The notes: generated by a model from the letters alone, not told the origin. Positions 1 through 14,899 are shown, counted from the first letter of the stretch. The stretch is 64,000 bases of DNA from Guillardia theta CCMP2712 (GCF_000315625.1 NW_005434658.1:587139-651138); one strand, 5' to 3'. Made by a program: numbers and translations.

Positions 1-55
1 ACCACCCGGTCTGTTGTGCTGCCTGCGAGCTCCTCCAGTCATGACAAGCTGTTAG

Positions 56-210
56 GTGTTGGAATTCCTTAGCAAGGTGCTGGAGTTCGGCAAGGGAATA
101 GGAGCCTTCTTCTTCATCTCAGCAGTCGCTCACATCGGGTTCGGGATCGCTGCCGGCCCCAAACGAACTTCGCCTCCTCCCGTCAGAACCACGACTGGGC
201 TGCCTTACTA
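56..210 (+). CDS. Probable last exon of an upstream membrane-protein gene (VLEFLSKVLEFGKGIGAFFFISAVAHIGFGIAAGPKRTSPPPVRTTTGLPY*)
   Basis: Follows a ...GCTGTTAG acceptor at 55, reads open through a hydrophobic segment to TAG at 208-210. The gene start lies outside the window. Confidence 0.35.
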
Positions 211-582
211 GAATGCGTGCGCGACTCGCTAGGGCATGAGAAATGAATGAATTGAGTCTTACAGACAGTCAAGTTCGCTGAACTAAGATATCAATGCTGG
301 TGTACACGTTCGATCTCCTTGACGATGACGAGGACGATAGAGGTCACCACAACAAATCATCCGCCAGAGTAACACAATGAATGCGGCATTGAAGCTATGA
401 AGCCGGACATGCCTTGTCCACATCGGTAAAGAGCACATCATAGGACGATTCAGAGGTCATTTTGCAACGAGATGCGCAAAATTTACTTGAGCTGCCCAGT
501 TGAATAACCATAACAGTATAACTGAACTCATAATGTAACAGCAGAAGAGTTTGTGAGAGCTGATGTAATTTACAGCGCCAAA

Positions 583-1907
583 TCATGTGAATGGCAGGTC
601 GTGGTTGGACCTTGGCTTCTTGATCTTGTCAAGGTTCTTCGTGATGGAGTCATACAGAATGAAATAATTGTTGCGAAGGTCATGCAGCGACAAGCAGAGG
701 TTGACCCGCTCCCTGCGATCAACTTCTTGGATGCTCATCGCGTAATCCTTGACGCCGGGATATTTGCCAAGTCGAGAAACAAGCTTCCCGCGAGTCATGA
801 AGTACTTGTTGATTCTTACAGGCACGTCAGTGACCAGCCGTTGAAGTCAAATATCAATCTCACCCGTCCAGCAGCGCGAAACTGGTGTCCTCTGCCTTAG
901 CGAGATCATTCACGCTCTCTTCCTGAATCGAAACCCCGAAATTGTTGCCATCCTCCACCTTGGGGATATTCAGCTGAATCCAAATCTTGACTTTGCTCAG
1001 CATCTGAAGACAGTCTTGTATCTCCTTCTTCAAGATGGCCTAACGCGAAATTATCACGGGGACACAGCTAATCAGACGATTTCTCGTCGATCCGGAGCAA
1101 GATGACTACCTGCTGCTTCAGAATCCTCTCGTTGGATCCGAAAACGATATCGCTTTTGACGATAGAATGTTCACAGAGAGGGGCGTCATGGTCCTGAAGG
1201 ACAGGTCAGTTCCACATCTGCACGTGCAGCAGCATGTCCGAACAAGACGTCCAGACGGTCAATCAGCAGGTCGAACACAAGAGGGAACAAACAAAACAGG
1301 AATATTCATATAATACCTTGTCGGATTTCGCAGTTTTCCTGGGTGACAGGTTTCCATCTTCCACTTTCCTCTTCTTCGCGCTTGCAGCTGTGTTGTCCAG
1401 GCTTCCCTGAAAAGATTCGTGTTAGAATCAAAATGTTTGCTTCGAGATGCCAAGAAAGAGGATTCTAACAGTAAGATTGACGATGTCATCGTGTTCCGGG
1501 TATCTCCACAGCTCGTCTTCCTCTAAGATCTTGGAAAGCTCCGCCACCTGAATCAAGTTTGAATCTTGGGAAACCGAGGAGGGGGCGGAGAAAGCAAGGA
1601 AAATCAAGAACATGGTGGCAGATAGTTCAACCGCCATGAATCATCATCTGCCCTAAATGATTGGCATACAGACATGTATAACAGCATCGCGCTATGACGG
1701 CCCCTGGTCGTTTCTCACCTTTTGAGGCATCTTCTCATGGACGATAATCTCTGCCTCGGCTGCGATCCCTTGTCTGAGCTTGTCGATCTTCTGCCTGACT
1801 TCCTTCACTTGGGGGCTCTCCTCCGAGCTCACCGCGTGCTTCTCCTTCTTCTGCCCGTGCTTGGACGCCATACCGCTTCCTGCCGCGTGATCCTGAGAGG
1901 GGCCCAT
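583..1907 (-). CDS. PSME3: Proteasome activator 11S subunit, PA28/REG gamma-like (multi-exon)
   Basis: Spliced exons give KIWIQLNIPKVEDGNNFGVSIQEE (PA28 activation loop, ~910-990) and YFMTRGKLVSRLGKYPGVKDY...LRNNYFILYDSITKNLDKIKKPRS. A KKRKV NLS-like motif lies in the homolog-specific insert (~1360-1377). Start is ATG 1907 or 1871. Confidence 0.9.
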
Positions 1908-2248
1908 GGGCGTGCCCTTCTTTTTTTAAAAGTGTAACGATCAGGGTCCATTGTAACTGTAACTGTCTTGGAGGCTCAGCTAGGGTCTAGCGGCTAGTTC
2001 AGTTGATAGCAGGTAGTAAGTTACGATGGTATGGTCAGTGACGGACTGAGAGCTGAGGTCTGACTGATCCGACGATGCTGCTGAGGGATCACCCGGCGAC
2101 CGTGCGGCTGAGACTCATGATGACTCGAGTCTCACTGTCATGCCGGCAGTACCGTACGGTACTGACAGCGCGATGACGCCTGGCTGCGCCAGAGGAGCAA
2201 AATAGTGCCTAATGTCACAAGCCTTTATTTAGACAAGAAAAAACTACA

Positions 2249-5200
2249 TCAGAACTTGAGGGCACAGAACAAAGCAGCAGCTCGCTTGATCCAAAACGAT
2301 TGAGACTTGTCTGTTGGTAATTCGATCATCAAGACGAAGTTGGTGGAATGCCCTGTGGTTGAGAGTGTTCCAGCGCGATCTAGGGTCTTGTACAAAGGAG
2401 CCTCGTAAATTGTCTTGTGATCTGTGGGAGGTTTGTCGTAGGCTGGTTTCAGCCAGAAGCAAGGAGCCTCTGAGAACAACTCTTTGGGGAGCGGGTCGCT
2501 CAGCAAGTGGTTCTCTGAATCCCATCGGCAGGATTCCATATAGAGACCATAGATGATCACCCCGTCCTCCGGCTTCTGAGCCGACTCAGCAGTGATGTCG
2601 TCACGAACCACGTGCTCGAAGCTGACTTTGTCGATCGCATACTGATACTTGCGAGCAAAGTTTTGCTTGGCTCCCGTCAGGAACGCTTGAGGGAAGTAGA
2701 AACCTGAAATCCAGTATGCCTCCTGATGCCCATCGTTGATCCATTTCTGGATGAAAGCAAGTCTTGCTTCGAGGTCGATGAGCCAGGACGCGAGAGGCTT
2801 GAGGCTAGGATATGCCTTCTGAGCCCACGCGTCTGGAACCTGATTGTTGAAGATTGAGGTGCCGATGGCGTCCATCTCTCCGGACATGGCGACGATGCCC
2901 TTGATGGCCTTGAGCAGAACCTTGAGCGTGGAGTTGATCACCTTGAGCATGGCGTTGTAGCGCAGGATCTCTTGGGTGAGAACAGTGTTCATCGACTCAT
3001 GGTAGTCTGTCGGAAACTTCTCTTGTGCGTGGAGAATATCCAGTGACGCAGGGATTCTGTTCAAGATGTCCTGTGCCTCCTGCAAGATCTGGTCATCTCT
3101 ATTCCCGTCTCCACTCGCAGACTTGGGCTGGCATTTGAGCAGACTAGCGAAGAGAGCGAAGGTCTCGTTCTGAGCACAGGTGATGTCAGCGTTCTCATGC
3201 AGGCCAAAAGCCTCAGGTGCTGGTGAGAGTGGGAAGCCTCTCACAAACTCAACATACTCCTCCACGGTCGCGAATTCAGGAGCATAATAGATCCCAGACT
3301 CAGAGAACTTGTAATCGCTCTCTAAGACTGCCTCGCAGGTGAGTCCTCTCACTATCGTGTTGAGCAACCTCCTATCTTTATCATCTGTCACCCTCCCACC
3401 ATAATTGATTTCTGCCTCCAGGAACTGCAGCACTGCCCATGGGATTTCCTCGTACTCATTCAGGAACATCTGCAACTGTTGCCGGCAGCAATCTAAATCT
3501 CCTTCAGCAAACTCATACAGGATGTTCCACCCCAGAGGACCGAACTTGCGCCTGTCTTGTAAGACCGCGTGGAGAAAGCAGATTCCAAACAGAAGTTTCC
3601 TCCACTCCGTCAGCTTACTGCACTCACTGAGATAATTCCCTTCGAACTTCAAGTAGGTTGAAATCACGTTTGTACGCAGACCGCTGGGCGGTTCCATCAC
3701 CATCTTGGCTCCGTCTTGCAGTACAGACGCCGGGAAGTTGGCGGAGGGCATGCTCGTCAACCACAGCCGGAAGTCTTTGTGCACCGTGTCAGGATCCAAG
3801 GTCTCGATGATCCTCTCCATGGTAGGCATCCAGCTAGTGGCGAGATGACAATTCTGCAAGAGGACCCAGGACCCTCGATCTTTCGCCTCGTTGATCATCT
3901 TTGCCGCTATCGGACCTTGTCCTTGACCCAGAGAAATGGCATCGAGCTTCTTGCCAAACCCCTGCTCCTCTGCAAACTTGAGGAACGTTGCGGTGGGGTC
4001 TGCACCGGATGAGAGCACGAAGATGAGGGGGGTGGTAGCTGACGAGTCCATGTAGACAGCTGCCAGGTCGAAGGGAGGAGTCTCAATGAACTGTTCTCCC
4101 AGAAGCTCGCTGACGGTTTTTTGTATCCCTTGGATGCATTTGTCAGGCCGCAGGGCCCGCAGCAACAAACATTTCTGTAGAGATTTCCACTGCCATGGTT
4201 CAGGAATCGGTTCATCTTGAGGAGCTAGAGAGTCGTAGATCCTCTTGAAGCTGTCGAGGTTCTGAGCAAAGTTCTCGTCCAGCCCGTGGAAGTTGGGATA
4301 CTTTGCCAGGTTGCTGATTTCGATCCACGCGTTCTGAGGGAGCCACTCAGGCGCAGGGTTAGGATTGCTGGTCTGCACGGAAGTCGGGCCAGCAAGCAAG
4401 TAACGGAACTCAGAATGATCCAAGTTGCCATCGCCATCTTCTATGCGGGTGTAAATCAAGAACGAAAGCATAAGCTTGTGCCTTTCGAAGAGACTGCGGC
4501 AGCAATTGATGTAGATGGAGTACGTGAAGTAGTCAGTGATGTTCTGCAGTCTGATGTCGAGGTTGCTATCGCTGGCGGCATTCTGGATGCCTCTTCTGTA
4601 GAGACTCACAAACCAGCTTAACGAGTACTGGTACATGGGATCGATCGCTGACAAGTCCGCCACTGCAAAGTACAGAATAGCTGAACGAAAAGCGACCGGT
4701 TGGTATTTCTCTCTCGTTTCGTCGATTTCTTTCTCTGTGCTCTCGGCCTCCTTCAACTTCTCTTCAACTTCTGTCGACGTCTTCTTTGACTCAGACAGCG
4801 TGTTGATCAGAGTTTCATCTTCAAGAATGTCTCCTGTCGATTCAGCTAACAGTTTGAGAATGTTGCTCTCGATTTCAGTCATTTGTTTGACCATCGCCGC
4901 GTTGTTGATGACCAACTGGTCCTTCATCTGAGCGAGATCGGGCCTCTCTTCTTGCACAACAACTCCAAGCAGCTGCTGGATCAGTCCAGCCTGTGTGATG
5001 GCGAAGTTCAACAGGGTGACCTTGACAGCTGTCTCAGGGGTGTAGTATGGATTCCTCAATTTTGTTGTCATGTAGAAGAGAAACTCTTCATGGTAAGGAA
5101 TGGCTGAATCTCCAAGATTGATGGTCAATTGACCGCCAGCCTTGTAGACCTGCTTGAGCAACAACGGCTCTAGGGACGCATCCAAATCTTCGTGTAAGTT

Positions 5201-8200
5201 TTCGAGAAGCACCGGTTTCCCGAACCGAATCGCTCCTTCGAGGGTCCGCAAGTAATCCTTATCGTTCAACTTGATGACTGCTAGGCCATCGGAGTGATGC
5301 CTGTTCTTGATCCATTTGTTTGCCTGTGTCTCAGGATCAATCATCAGAGGCCATCTCCTTGCTTTCGACACTATGATGCCGTTCTCAGTCGAGAGCCTGT
5401 CTGCAGGCAAACCCTCTATTCTCCATTGGCGGACCAAGACTGGGTCTTCTAAGACGCTGATCAAATCGCAGATCTTGGAATGAGGTATCGAGAACTCTTT
5501 CATGCTCTCTTGCCATATCGAATAAAGCTCATCACGGTACTGCCCGGTGAAGGCTCCCAAGTAGCCTATCGCGCCAGCCGCTGAGAGCACGTCTCCGACC
5601 ACGTTCTTGAAGTCTATCTCGAACTGCTTCACTGACTCCTGCCACCGGCTCCTTTCCCCCCCGAGACCTCCGATGAGCTTGTCCGCCCTGACCAACTTCA
5701 ACGCGCATAGCTCGACCTTGTGTGCTAGCTCACTCTTCTCCTTGACCGCGTCGTTGAACTTGGCCTCGAGCTCCGCTACCCGGTCCTGCACTTCCTTCAA
5801 CTCTTTCTGCGCAAGAGCTAGTTTTGCAAGGGTTTCATCCAGCTCTGCCTGAGCTTCAGCAAGCTGCCTCTTCTTGGGTTCGACCATCTTGGCCACATGA
5901 TAGTATTTGTTCATCGCCAAGACCCAAAGACATATGGATGTGCAAGCCTTCGACACCTTAGCTACGGCTTCAGGAGTGAAGTCAGGGTTGTTGGCGAAAG
6001 GCTCGATCTTCTTGATCGTCGTGTCTTTGATGTTATCTTTCTCATAGTTGAACAAAGAGTCGAGAAACTTTGTGGGGTCAGCCAAAACCTAAAATGAAGT
6101 TTGTCAAGGAAGCACAAAACGTGTTGAATCAGGAAGACCTTGCTCTTTGCAACGCCCCAATAATCATCAATCTTCTTCATTGGGTCGTTTGGATCCTTGA
6201 CCTTCTCAGGCTTGTACTCGAACATGATGCAAACAGCTTCCATCACCTGGAATGAGAGTCAAACATGCACAGGACAAGCACTTGACTATTCTCACCATCT
6301 TTACTCCAGCTGGAGGGTTTGATAAAGCCTTCACCTCGACAATGTCATTCCTGTTCAGACTCTTCAAGGAAGCGACAGCAGCATCCAAGGCAGGGAGAGC
6401 TTCGTCTAGATCACGTTGCGCGTCGTCTGCAATCGTCTTGGTGGCTACAGCCTTCTCGTTCGCCTTCTTCTCTTCTTCGGCACATGCCGCCTGGGTGATC
6501 TCGGCGTCGGCTTTGTCTTTGGAAATGACCTTCATGAGGTCTTCCACCTCCTGTCCTTTCTTCTCTAAGATCGGCTGTAGCTCGCTCAACTCCACCTGCA
6601 TCACAGATACCATCTCTGCTGTGCTGATCAGCTTGTCCAGCCCGATCTCCAGCCTTTGCTTCGACCGTTGGACTTCTTGCTTCTTGAGAGAATAGAGCTC
6701 TTTGTACGTGATCAGCAACTCGAGGTAACTCGTCGGAGTGACATGATTGTATCGACCGAGTTCCGAGAGAAACTTGGCTGACATCTTCTCTACACTCATG
6801 TGGATTCTGGTACACATATCATACACGCCTTGCCGAATTTGCTGTGATTCAAAATCGATGTCGGATAATTTTTGTTGCGCAACGGACTCCAAAGCTTCAT
6901 CAGGCCACTCCGCAAACCAATCGAGCGAGCAACAATTCACAAGGGCTGGATACATCCTGAGCCGAGTCCTGAAAGCATCGCCGACGGGGCTCATAGCAAG
7001 GACCACGTGCAGATTACTGCGAACCCTAGTGAGGTATTCTGCGTAGAGAGACGCTTTCGTTGGGGCGATTCCCTTTGCCTGGAGAACCGGACGCATAGCT
7101 GCTCCGATTTCTTCTAGGGTGTCGTTCCCGTACATGTTGGCAACGTCGCCGCTGTTTAAGATGCCATTAATGTCTTCCATGAAGGACTCTTTGATGATTT
7201 GCGTGTCCGTGAATAAGAATACTATCTGCTCGTTCTCCACACCTGCAGCCAGCAGGCATTTCTTCAAATCTTCCCGCCATTCGTTCTTTCCGTACCCTTT
7301 GGTGATTTCGATAGAGATGCATTTGAATTCTGCAATGAAGGCAGCCAGCCGTGTCAAGCTTTGCCTTCCGCTTCCACCAACACCAAGAAGCAAAGCATTG
7401 CCGAGAGGAGTTCGAATGATTCGACAGATCCTTGAAACATGCTCAATTGCGTCCAAGAACATGACTAAGTTCATCTTCTTGGTAGTCTCTGCATTGTAAT
7501 CATCCAAATATTCTTCCATCACCTTTTGCAGCTTTCCAAAATCCTCAATCCACTGGTACCGCTTGTTGTCTGTACCAGGATTCATATAATCCCCGAAGAT
7601 CAGCCTGTTGCTGCCGATCAGCTCAGTGTAATCTATTTCAAAGTTCTCTTGAAGCTGCAGAGAAAGCAGTTTTCTAAACCATTCTCTATCTTCGTCGTTG
7701 ATGAGTCGATCAGAAAACACTCGCATACATTCGTGTATCCAGATTCTGCAAACATCTTGAAGTGTAGTTAATGACTTAACATCCCCCATGAGGACTCCCT
7801 GGAACACCTTTGACAAATCTCTCAAGTTGAACGCATAATGTGCTTTAGCAGGTGTGGGCAGCAGCTCCTTCAACACGGAGGAATAGACAGCATGAGTAGC
7901 TTTCACAAACTTTGGAACAACGTCTCCGAATGTTTCCATGTGATTCGTAAAGTTGTGAGCAAACCATCCTGACAAGATGGTTGAGAAGATCAAGCTCAAT
8001 GAATCGTAACCCATCTCAGGGAATGCCAAGAAGTTCAAGTGCCGCATGAACCTATTGGTCAGGGCTACTCTACCGCCACCGGGAGGACCCATCACTCCAC
8101 ATAAAGTAACATCCACGATGTTTCGAAACTCAAACGTTTTCCTGTCGTACCAACCTTGGTGATCAAACCATTGACGAATCAATTCAATGGGCGGTTGGGC

Positions 8201-11200
8201 CCCGTACACTTCCTTGGCAGGCATGTTGAGGTCGTCGATCACAAGGACGAGCTTCTTCCCTACTGGCGGGCCGAAGATTCCCTTCCTCCGCTTGTCCATG
8301 GTGCCGTCAAGAACATCCTGTGTCTGATTGGCAGAGGTAGATGCTGAGAACGCCATGAACTTCGGAACATACTTCTCCGGCATTTTCTTTCCAACTTTTT
8401 CATTGACAACCACTGATTTTCCTGTGCCTGTCTGACCACAGCAAAGCACGTTCACATCGTTTCGAAGGAGCAAATCAAGCACATGAGAAGATCGAATGGT
8501 ATCAACCGTAGGCACAGCAATGTTCTCGAAGCTTGTTTGCATGTCCAAAACAAACTTCTCTGTCGTTTCTAACCATGTTACCCATTCGTAACTTCTGAAG
8601 GAAAACAAGAAATCATAACAAGTCGTAACACCGTCCTCGAGGGATGGCATTTTGCTATTGAGGTTTGCTGAAGCAACGCTTTCCTTCAGCCATGAGTTAA
8701 ACTTGGATCTTCCAGCATAATCGCATGAGGCTCCAATGGACCAGATGAGGGCGAAGAAGAAGGACTCTGAAACGATTTTAGCTGGCTCCACCTTCCTTTC
8801 GTCCTCTTCTTCTTCCACCCGTGCAAAACATGTTGCAATTTGACAATCGATCAACCTCAACAAGCTGTTTACAAGGTTATTGTCCACAGTTTGAGCAACT
8901 TCGGTGATATTTCGACGGACAAATTGCAAGGCAGGTTCAATAAAGGTAGACATGAGATGTTGAAACTCCTTCTCAAACGGCTTGAACTTTTCATCTAATC
9001 GTTCCAACCAGGATTCGTACAAGACAGTCACTCCAAGCGCAGATGGCTCCACAAAGATCATTCCGCATCTACTGACAGTGGCCGGAGAAGCTACAGCAAG
9101 ATCCTCAACTTCAAACTGCATGCAGATGGTTGGCGACAATTTGATTATTTCACCACTGACAAGACACAACTTCTTGTTATCATCCAGAACAGTGTTCATG
9201 CTCTCAATCCAGATGGCATCCACAGGGCCGTCGCAAACAATCCACTTCTTGTCTTCCGTCTCCTCGTTGGTGCATTGCCTCACGATGGTAGAGAGGATGC
9301 CGTCAGTCCACTCGTGCGTGTTCTCGTCGAAGCTTCCGTACAGCTGACCCATGGTGATCGACTTGGGGTTGATGATCAACCTCTTGGTGTGAGTAAAGCC
9401 GTCTATTCCCGCACACATTGACTGGGCCTCTGCCAGGATCAGGTCGACTTTCGTCTTGCCGCCCCCTGCAGGACCAACGAGCATGAGGCCGTGCCTGACC
9501 GTGGTAGTCTCATACAGCTGAATGCACTTGCTCGTGAAGGCCTCGACAGGCTGCAGGTTGTTTTCTTTGCTTCTGGCATGGATGGCTTCCATCAGCTTGC
9601 CGTATTCTCTCGTGGGCTCCTTGGTCCCCGGAAAGAGATCGCTGATGATGCCTTGGAACAAGATGAGGTCGTCCCTCAGAAACTTGGGGCGATTGACATC
9701 GAGAAGAGCTCTCATCACCAGCAGCTCTTCGTCGGCGTCAGGTTGAGCTCGTTTGAGCAGTCCAGCTGCATTGATGACACTCTTGACTGCACGCATACCG
9801 AAGTCATAATGATCCTGAGAGGAGAGCTGCTCAGATGAAAGCTGGAAGGTGCCCACCATCTTCTTGCTTGCAGGCCTTGGATCACCAAATCCAAATGAAA
9901 ACAGACTGATCTCTGCAATGAGCGCGTAGTCTGGAACCATCATTGCCACTGGCCTAAACAACGCCTTGAGATTATCAGGCAATTCAGCTCGGCCAGCATA
10001 TCCAGGATTCATCTGCACAGCAATCAGCCATCAACGAAAGGAGAAGTTCAGATCAATCTACCGTGATGAAGACTGCGTTGGCGGGATCTAGATTGATTTC
10101 TGAGCCCTCGAAAGTAAATCTGGGTAACCTTGCTCTCACAGCTTTCTGAATGGAGATGATTTGCTGGGCAATGACCGACAGCACTTCTACGTTAATCCTG
10201 ATAAGAGAGAGTCAACGACCACAGCTAAAGCCGGTAAACGAATCACCTGTTGAACTCGTCAAAGCAAGCCCACGCTCCAGAGCTTGCAAGCCCCTTGAAG
10301 AATTTTCCCATTGCAAGATAGTCAAGGCCATCACTGCAATTGAACACGACACACTGCTTAGCAAGTGCTTTAGCAAGATCCTTAGTGGTTTCAGTCTTTC
10401 CCGTCCCTGCTGGTCCCTGCGGAGCTCCTCCAAGAAGTAGATCCATGGCACCGGTGAGGGTGATATAGCAGCGATCAGTCAGAGGGGTGATGACTAGTCG
10501 GGGGGTGTTGCCGAGGTACTCCATTCCATATGGGAAACTAGCTTGAATCTGCCTCACGATGAACCCTGGGCTACCTAGACCTGGCAAGTCCTCTTGATCT
10601 TCCCAGTAGTACCTGAGCTGGCTGACCCAGGAAAACTCTTTTGGGCTTGAGACTCCATCCTCACACATCTTCAAAGTAACGTCTCGAGCATGTACGTCGA
10701 TCACCATCAAGGCTCCGAGGGTCAGCGCTATCAAGTACGATGGGTTCGAACGAACAATGTCCACCAAATCCTGTAACTGGAGAAGCATCTTTTGATAGTA
10801 CTTACGCAGTCCCTCGTTTCCGCCCTGCAGCATCGCTTCCTCCATCTCGATAGACCAGTAATGCTGGCTTCCAGCCAATACCATCTGCCCTTGCCATTCC
10901 TGCACCCACTGTTTCCTTCCGCCAGTGTTCGTCAGGTAATCTTCTGCAGACGCCTTACAAATGGACTTCACACTCTGCTTCATCATTCTTTCCACTTGCG
11001 ATAACCAGTTCTCAACATTTCCCGCCACAGGCACTGCAGTGTCAAACGAAGCCTTTTCCTTCTCGGCCGAATTCATGGCAGTCCACAACATCTTACCGCT
11101 TTCTTCCTTGAAGTCGAGACGATCAATCGCTTCAAAACATTTTCTGAGATGGGGTTGAACAGCCAAAGGATCCCTTGTCTGACTCAAAATCTCGAGTAAT

Positions 11201-14200
11201 TCATCGTTTGACAAGAAATAGAACCTTGCAAATCCAGAACGTTTGGTTTCCAAGTAATCAGATAGTCCTTTCGCCACGATATCGAGAAGTTTGTTACAAT
11301 CCACGAAGGTGTGCAATATTCTTTCTGTATTGCATAACTGCAAAGGCTCGGAATTCTTGTTGGCTTCTGCAGTGAATTTTCTCCAATTTCGGTCTACTGT
11401 TTGAAATCTTTTTGACTCAGTGGGCAATTGCTTCTGAATATCATCTGAAGCAAAAATTGGTTCCAAATACATCCAATTTCGCTGGCACGCAAGAAGTTGT
11501 TCTAGAATATCAGAACACAATTTCAAAGCATGTTCCCATTTTGAGATGCGTTCTTCGAACGGTTTCTTGTAGGGAGAAAATGTCATGCCTTGAGTCAAAA
11601 CAATGTGATCATCAAGTAATTGAAAGATCTCGTCCCAGCCACCAAGAACAAATGTCCCAGTGTCTCTGTATGCTTTTACGTGCAGCTCCACTCCTTTCCA
11701 ATCTCTCTCCATCTTATTCAATGCTTCTTCTATAGCAAATTCTTTGCCTGCAATGTCACAAACCTTCACTATGGTTTCCATCCTTTCGTTGAGCTTTTGC
11801 TGCTCGATACCTATCCTCAGCGTGAATGAATCATCAGGCTTTAGGTCAAAACCAAGGAGCTCGGTAAGATTTTGCCAGTGCCGATCTCTCATGCCAGGCT
11901 GCCTCAATGCCTGCACCAGAGGTATCAATTCTTTGAATGAATCGATCTGCGATTTCAAATTGTTCGCAGCATCCAAAAGTTCTGGAAGTTTTCCTTCAAA
12001 AAACTTGGTGCTCTTCAGGATTACTCTAAAGCAGTTCTGTGTTACCCTGTCCACTTGCTCTGGATCTATCTCATTGAATTTTCCGTCCATCCAAGTAGAA
12101 AAGTTGCTTTCCCACTCCCTTGCAGCCAACCAAAAATTTGAATATGGCTCAAAGGCCTTCTGAACTTTCTGTAGCTCATATGGCATTTCATTGTAGTTGG
12201 TGATGGCCCTTTCTAGCTGGGCTTCTCTAGAATTGAAAAGCTGGGCTTGTGCCATCGCATTTTTCAATTTTTCGTTGATTGACATCACCGTCTCTGAAAT
12301 CTCTTTCGTTTTCGATAAATCTGAGTGCTTCGAGAAATTCGAAACAAGGGCAGAGATTGAGCTCAGCTCATTTGCAAATTCTTCTTGTGCTTCAAGCATC
12401 TCGTTCTCAAAGATCTCCTTATCCGACTTGATCATCGTGTTGGCAAACTCCATAGCTTGAGAGATTTTTGAGAGAACTCCGAATGTGTTCCACCTTCTCT
12501 TGGTATCATCTCTGGTGTATTCATACTTGTAGTCGTCAAGTAGCTCATAATTTTGCATTGTTCGAGCTATCTCCTGATGTATTGCATTTATGGATTCGGG
12601 TAAATGATGAATAAAGTCTTTCAATTCGGTCAATTCCTCAATGCTTTTTGAAGGATTTTTCAACTTCTTGACAATCTGATCACATTTCTTCATATGTTCG
12701 TCGCACAAGTCCCTTGTTTGGGCAGCTACCTGATGCAGAAAGAGATCTATCATTTTTTGATAGTCATTTTGCAATGCAACTCTCAAGCTCTCTAAACTTA
12801 ATTCGAAGGCTCCAATTTGCATAGATAAGGGGATTCGGTTCTCAATGTCCGCTTTAGAATCTACAAGATTGGTCAATTTCTTCTTGAGCACGTCACTGCT
12901 AGATGCATCCTTCATGAATTCGGCCACATACTCTTCGGGATTCGTTGTCAAGATTGACCGAAATTCACCAAACTTGCCCATGTACTCTTGCATAGGTTTC
13001 AACGATTCCTGTAGACCATTTTTCATCTTGTCTCTCAAAGTTGATGGAAGACTTTCAGTAGGATGTATGCTGGCCAGAATTGGTTTTGAGCTCCAAAATA
13101 TTTGATCGACAACCATTGGTTCGATTTGCGGGATATCTGAAATAGACGAAAGGGCTTTGTCAAACAAGGAGAGAGGCATTTCAACAACTTGCTCGAAAGG
13201 TGTTGGAACTCCATTGCTCCCGATGTCCACCGTTCCGTCTTGATTCAAAATCAATTCTAATTTGAAGAGCGGCCATTTCAATTGACTGTCAACCAAGCGA
13301 TGATTTCTGACGGTCGAGATGTCGTGTACCTCCACGTCATATGCAACGGCACTGCAGATGAAGTCCGCAAAACTAGTCAGAGAGTCCTCTGCCATTGACC
13401 TTAGCGTATCTTGCATCATAAAGTTTATCATGGTCATGAATTTCTTTAGTTTGCTTATGTCGTAAACCTCACGTTTGGTTTCATTTAGGTTGAACCATCC
13501 TTTTCCAACATCTTTCAATCCGTTCCTGAGACTGTTCTTCAGTGAAGTCAACCAGGTGTCCTTTAGATATGCGGAGGTCTGAGAAATAGCTTGAAGCTCA
13601 AGGTGCTCGAATTCATCTGGTTTGGTGGTTTTGTTTGGATGCGGCGCGAACAAACTCATCGAAAGAATCTTCTGATTCTCTGTTTTGGTTTTGACAATGC
13701 AATTGATCAATTCTGTCTTGGTAAGAAAAGAGTTGAAATTAAAAAGACAATATTGTTGTGCCCAATCATGCGGAGGAATATCTTGCAAAACACCGTATTC
13801 TCGACTACTATGGAAACGTAAGGGTGGTACGTAAACATTTCGCATCATTTCGTTGCTGTTGTCAATGTCATACTGTGAGTCCAAGGTAATCCGATTCATA
13901 GTTCTTGAATACTCTAAATTCATTTCATCAACCAGTCCAATGGCATCCAGACTCTTTCGGTCAATCTTTCCTGAATTTGAAACTAACATCATAACTCTAT
14001 TCAGCTGTTCCAGTGACAGATTCGAAACGCCTTCAGTTGGCATGTTATCAACAAAGAAGTTGTACATAAGCTCTTTCATGTTCAAATCCCGTATTTTCAG
14101 AGCTCTTGCAACTCGCCTGGCGAATAGAAACGGATCTTCCGCAAGAAACATTATCAGTAAACGAGGAAGAATTTCGATTTCATCATTATCAGCCCAGCGA

Positions 14201-14899
14201 AACTTATAGGTATCGTTGTCAGCTATCCTGTCCATCACTTTGCACGGTCTCCAAAACCCTCCTGATGCATGAAATGCGCGAGCAGGTAAGAAGTTAAACT
14301 TTCCATTCACGGAACCAATTTCTATCCATTCATCCCACGTTCTTGGTTCAAGATCCTTGTCGTCAAACACGCTACGATAAAGACATCAATGAAGGAATTA
14401 CGAATGTGCAAGGTACTTTCACCTCAGAGTTATAAAATCTTGATCATGGACAGCATCACTAAGCCGCTCTTTCGTCACACCCTCGCTTTCCAGTATTTTC
14501 CTAGACGATCAGCATGAGTAGAATGAATTTCATAAGTCATCATACGAAATGTCTTGATTCGCAAACAGCTTCCGTCTCCTATCGATTTCCACTTTCAATG
14601 GGACTTTGACTGAGGCCGTTACTTTGGGATCCAATGACCGAGGGGGAAACAACTCGGCAGAAGGGTCTTGTGGAAAGAAAAGATCCTTGTCCTGCAAGCA
14701 ACTCAATGTCCAGCTGTAGCCAATCATTGTGTGACCTGTTGTGAGCTGGAATGAACTTCATTATCATTTTCTCCCAGTTTGTTCAGCTTTATCTCATCAT
14801 AACCATTTATTTCTTGGTTGCAAGTTTGAACTTGCTTGCTGCAATGACAAGTCATCATCAGAATGAAGCAACTGCCTGTGACTTCTCCTTACCGCGCAT
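2249..14899 (-). CDS. DNAH1: Axonemal single-headed inner-arm dynein heavy chain, DNAH1-like (~4100 aa)
   Basis: Long ORFs 10243-14370, 6206-10018 and 2249-6085 are joined by short GT-AG introns (~10198-10246, ~10013-10061, ~6247-6294, ~6088-6138). P-loops are GPAGTGKT, GPAGGGKT, GQTGTGKS and GVGGSGRQS, followed by the stalk and a C-terminal LSTTGHSTNF. N-terminal exons KVEIDRRRKLFANQDI and FDDKDLEPRTWDEW resemble the DNAH1 N-terminus. Putative first exon ATGCGCG|GTAAG at 14899. Confidence 0.93.

Noticed and set aside
2314-14209. Numerous plus-strand ORFs over the dynein gene
   Set aside because: Antisense shadow ORFs caused by codon bias (Ser/Phe/Leu-rich, no motifs).
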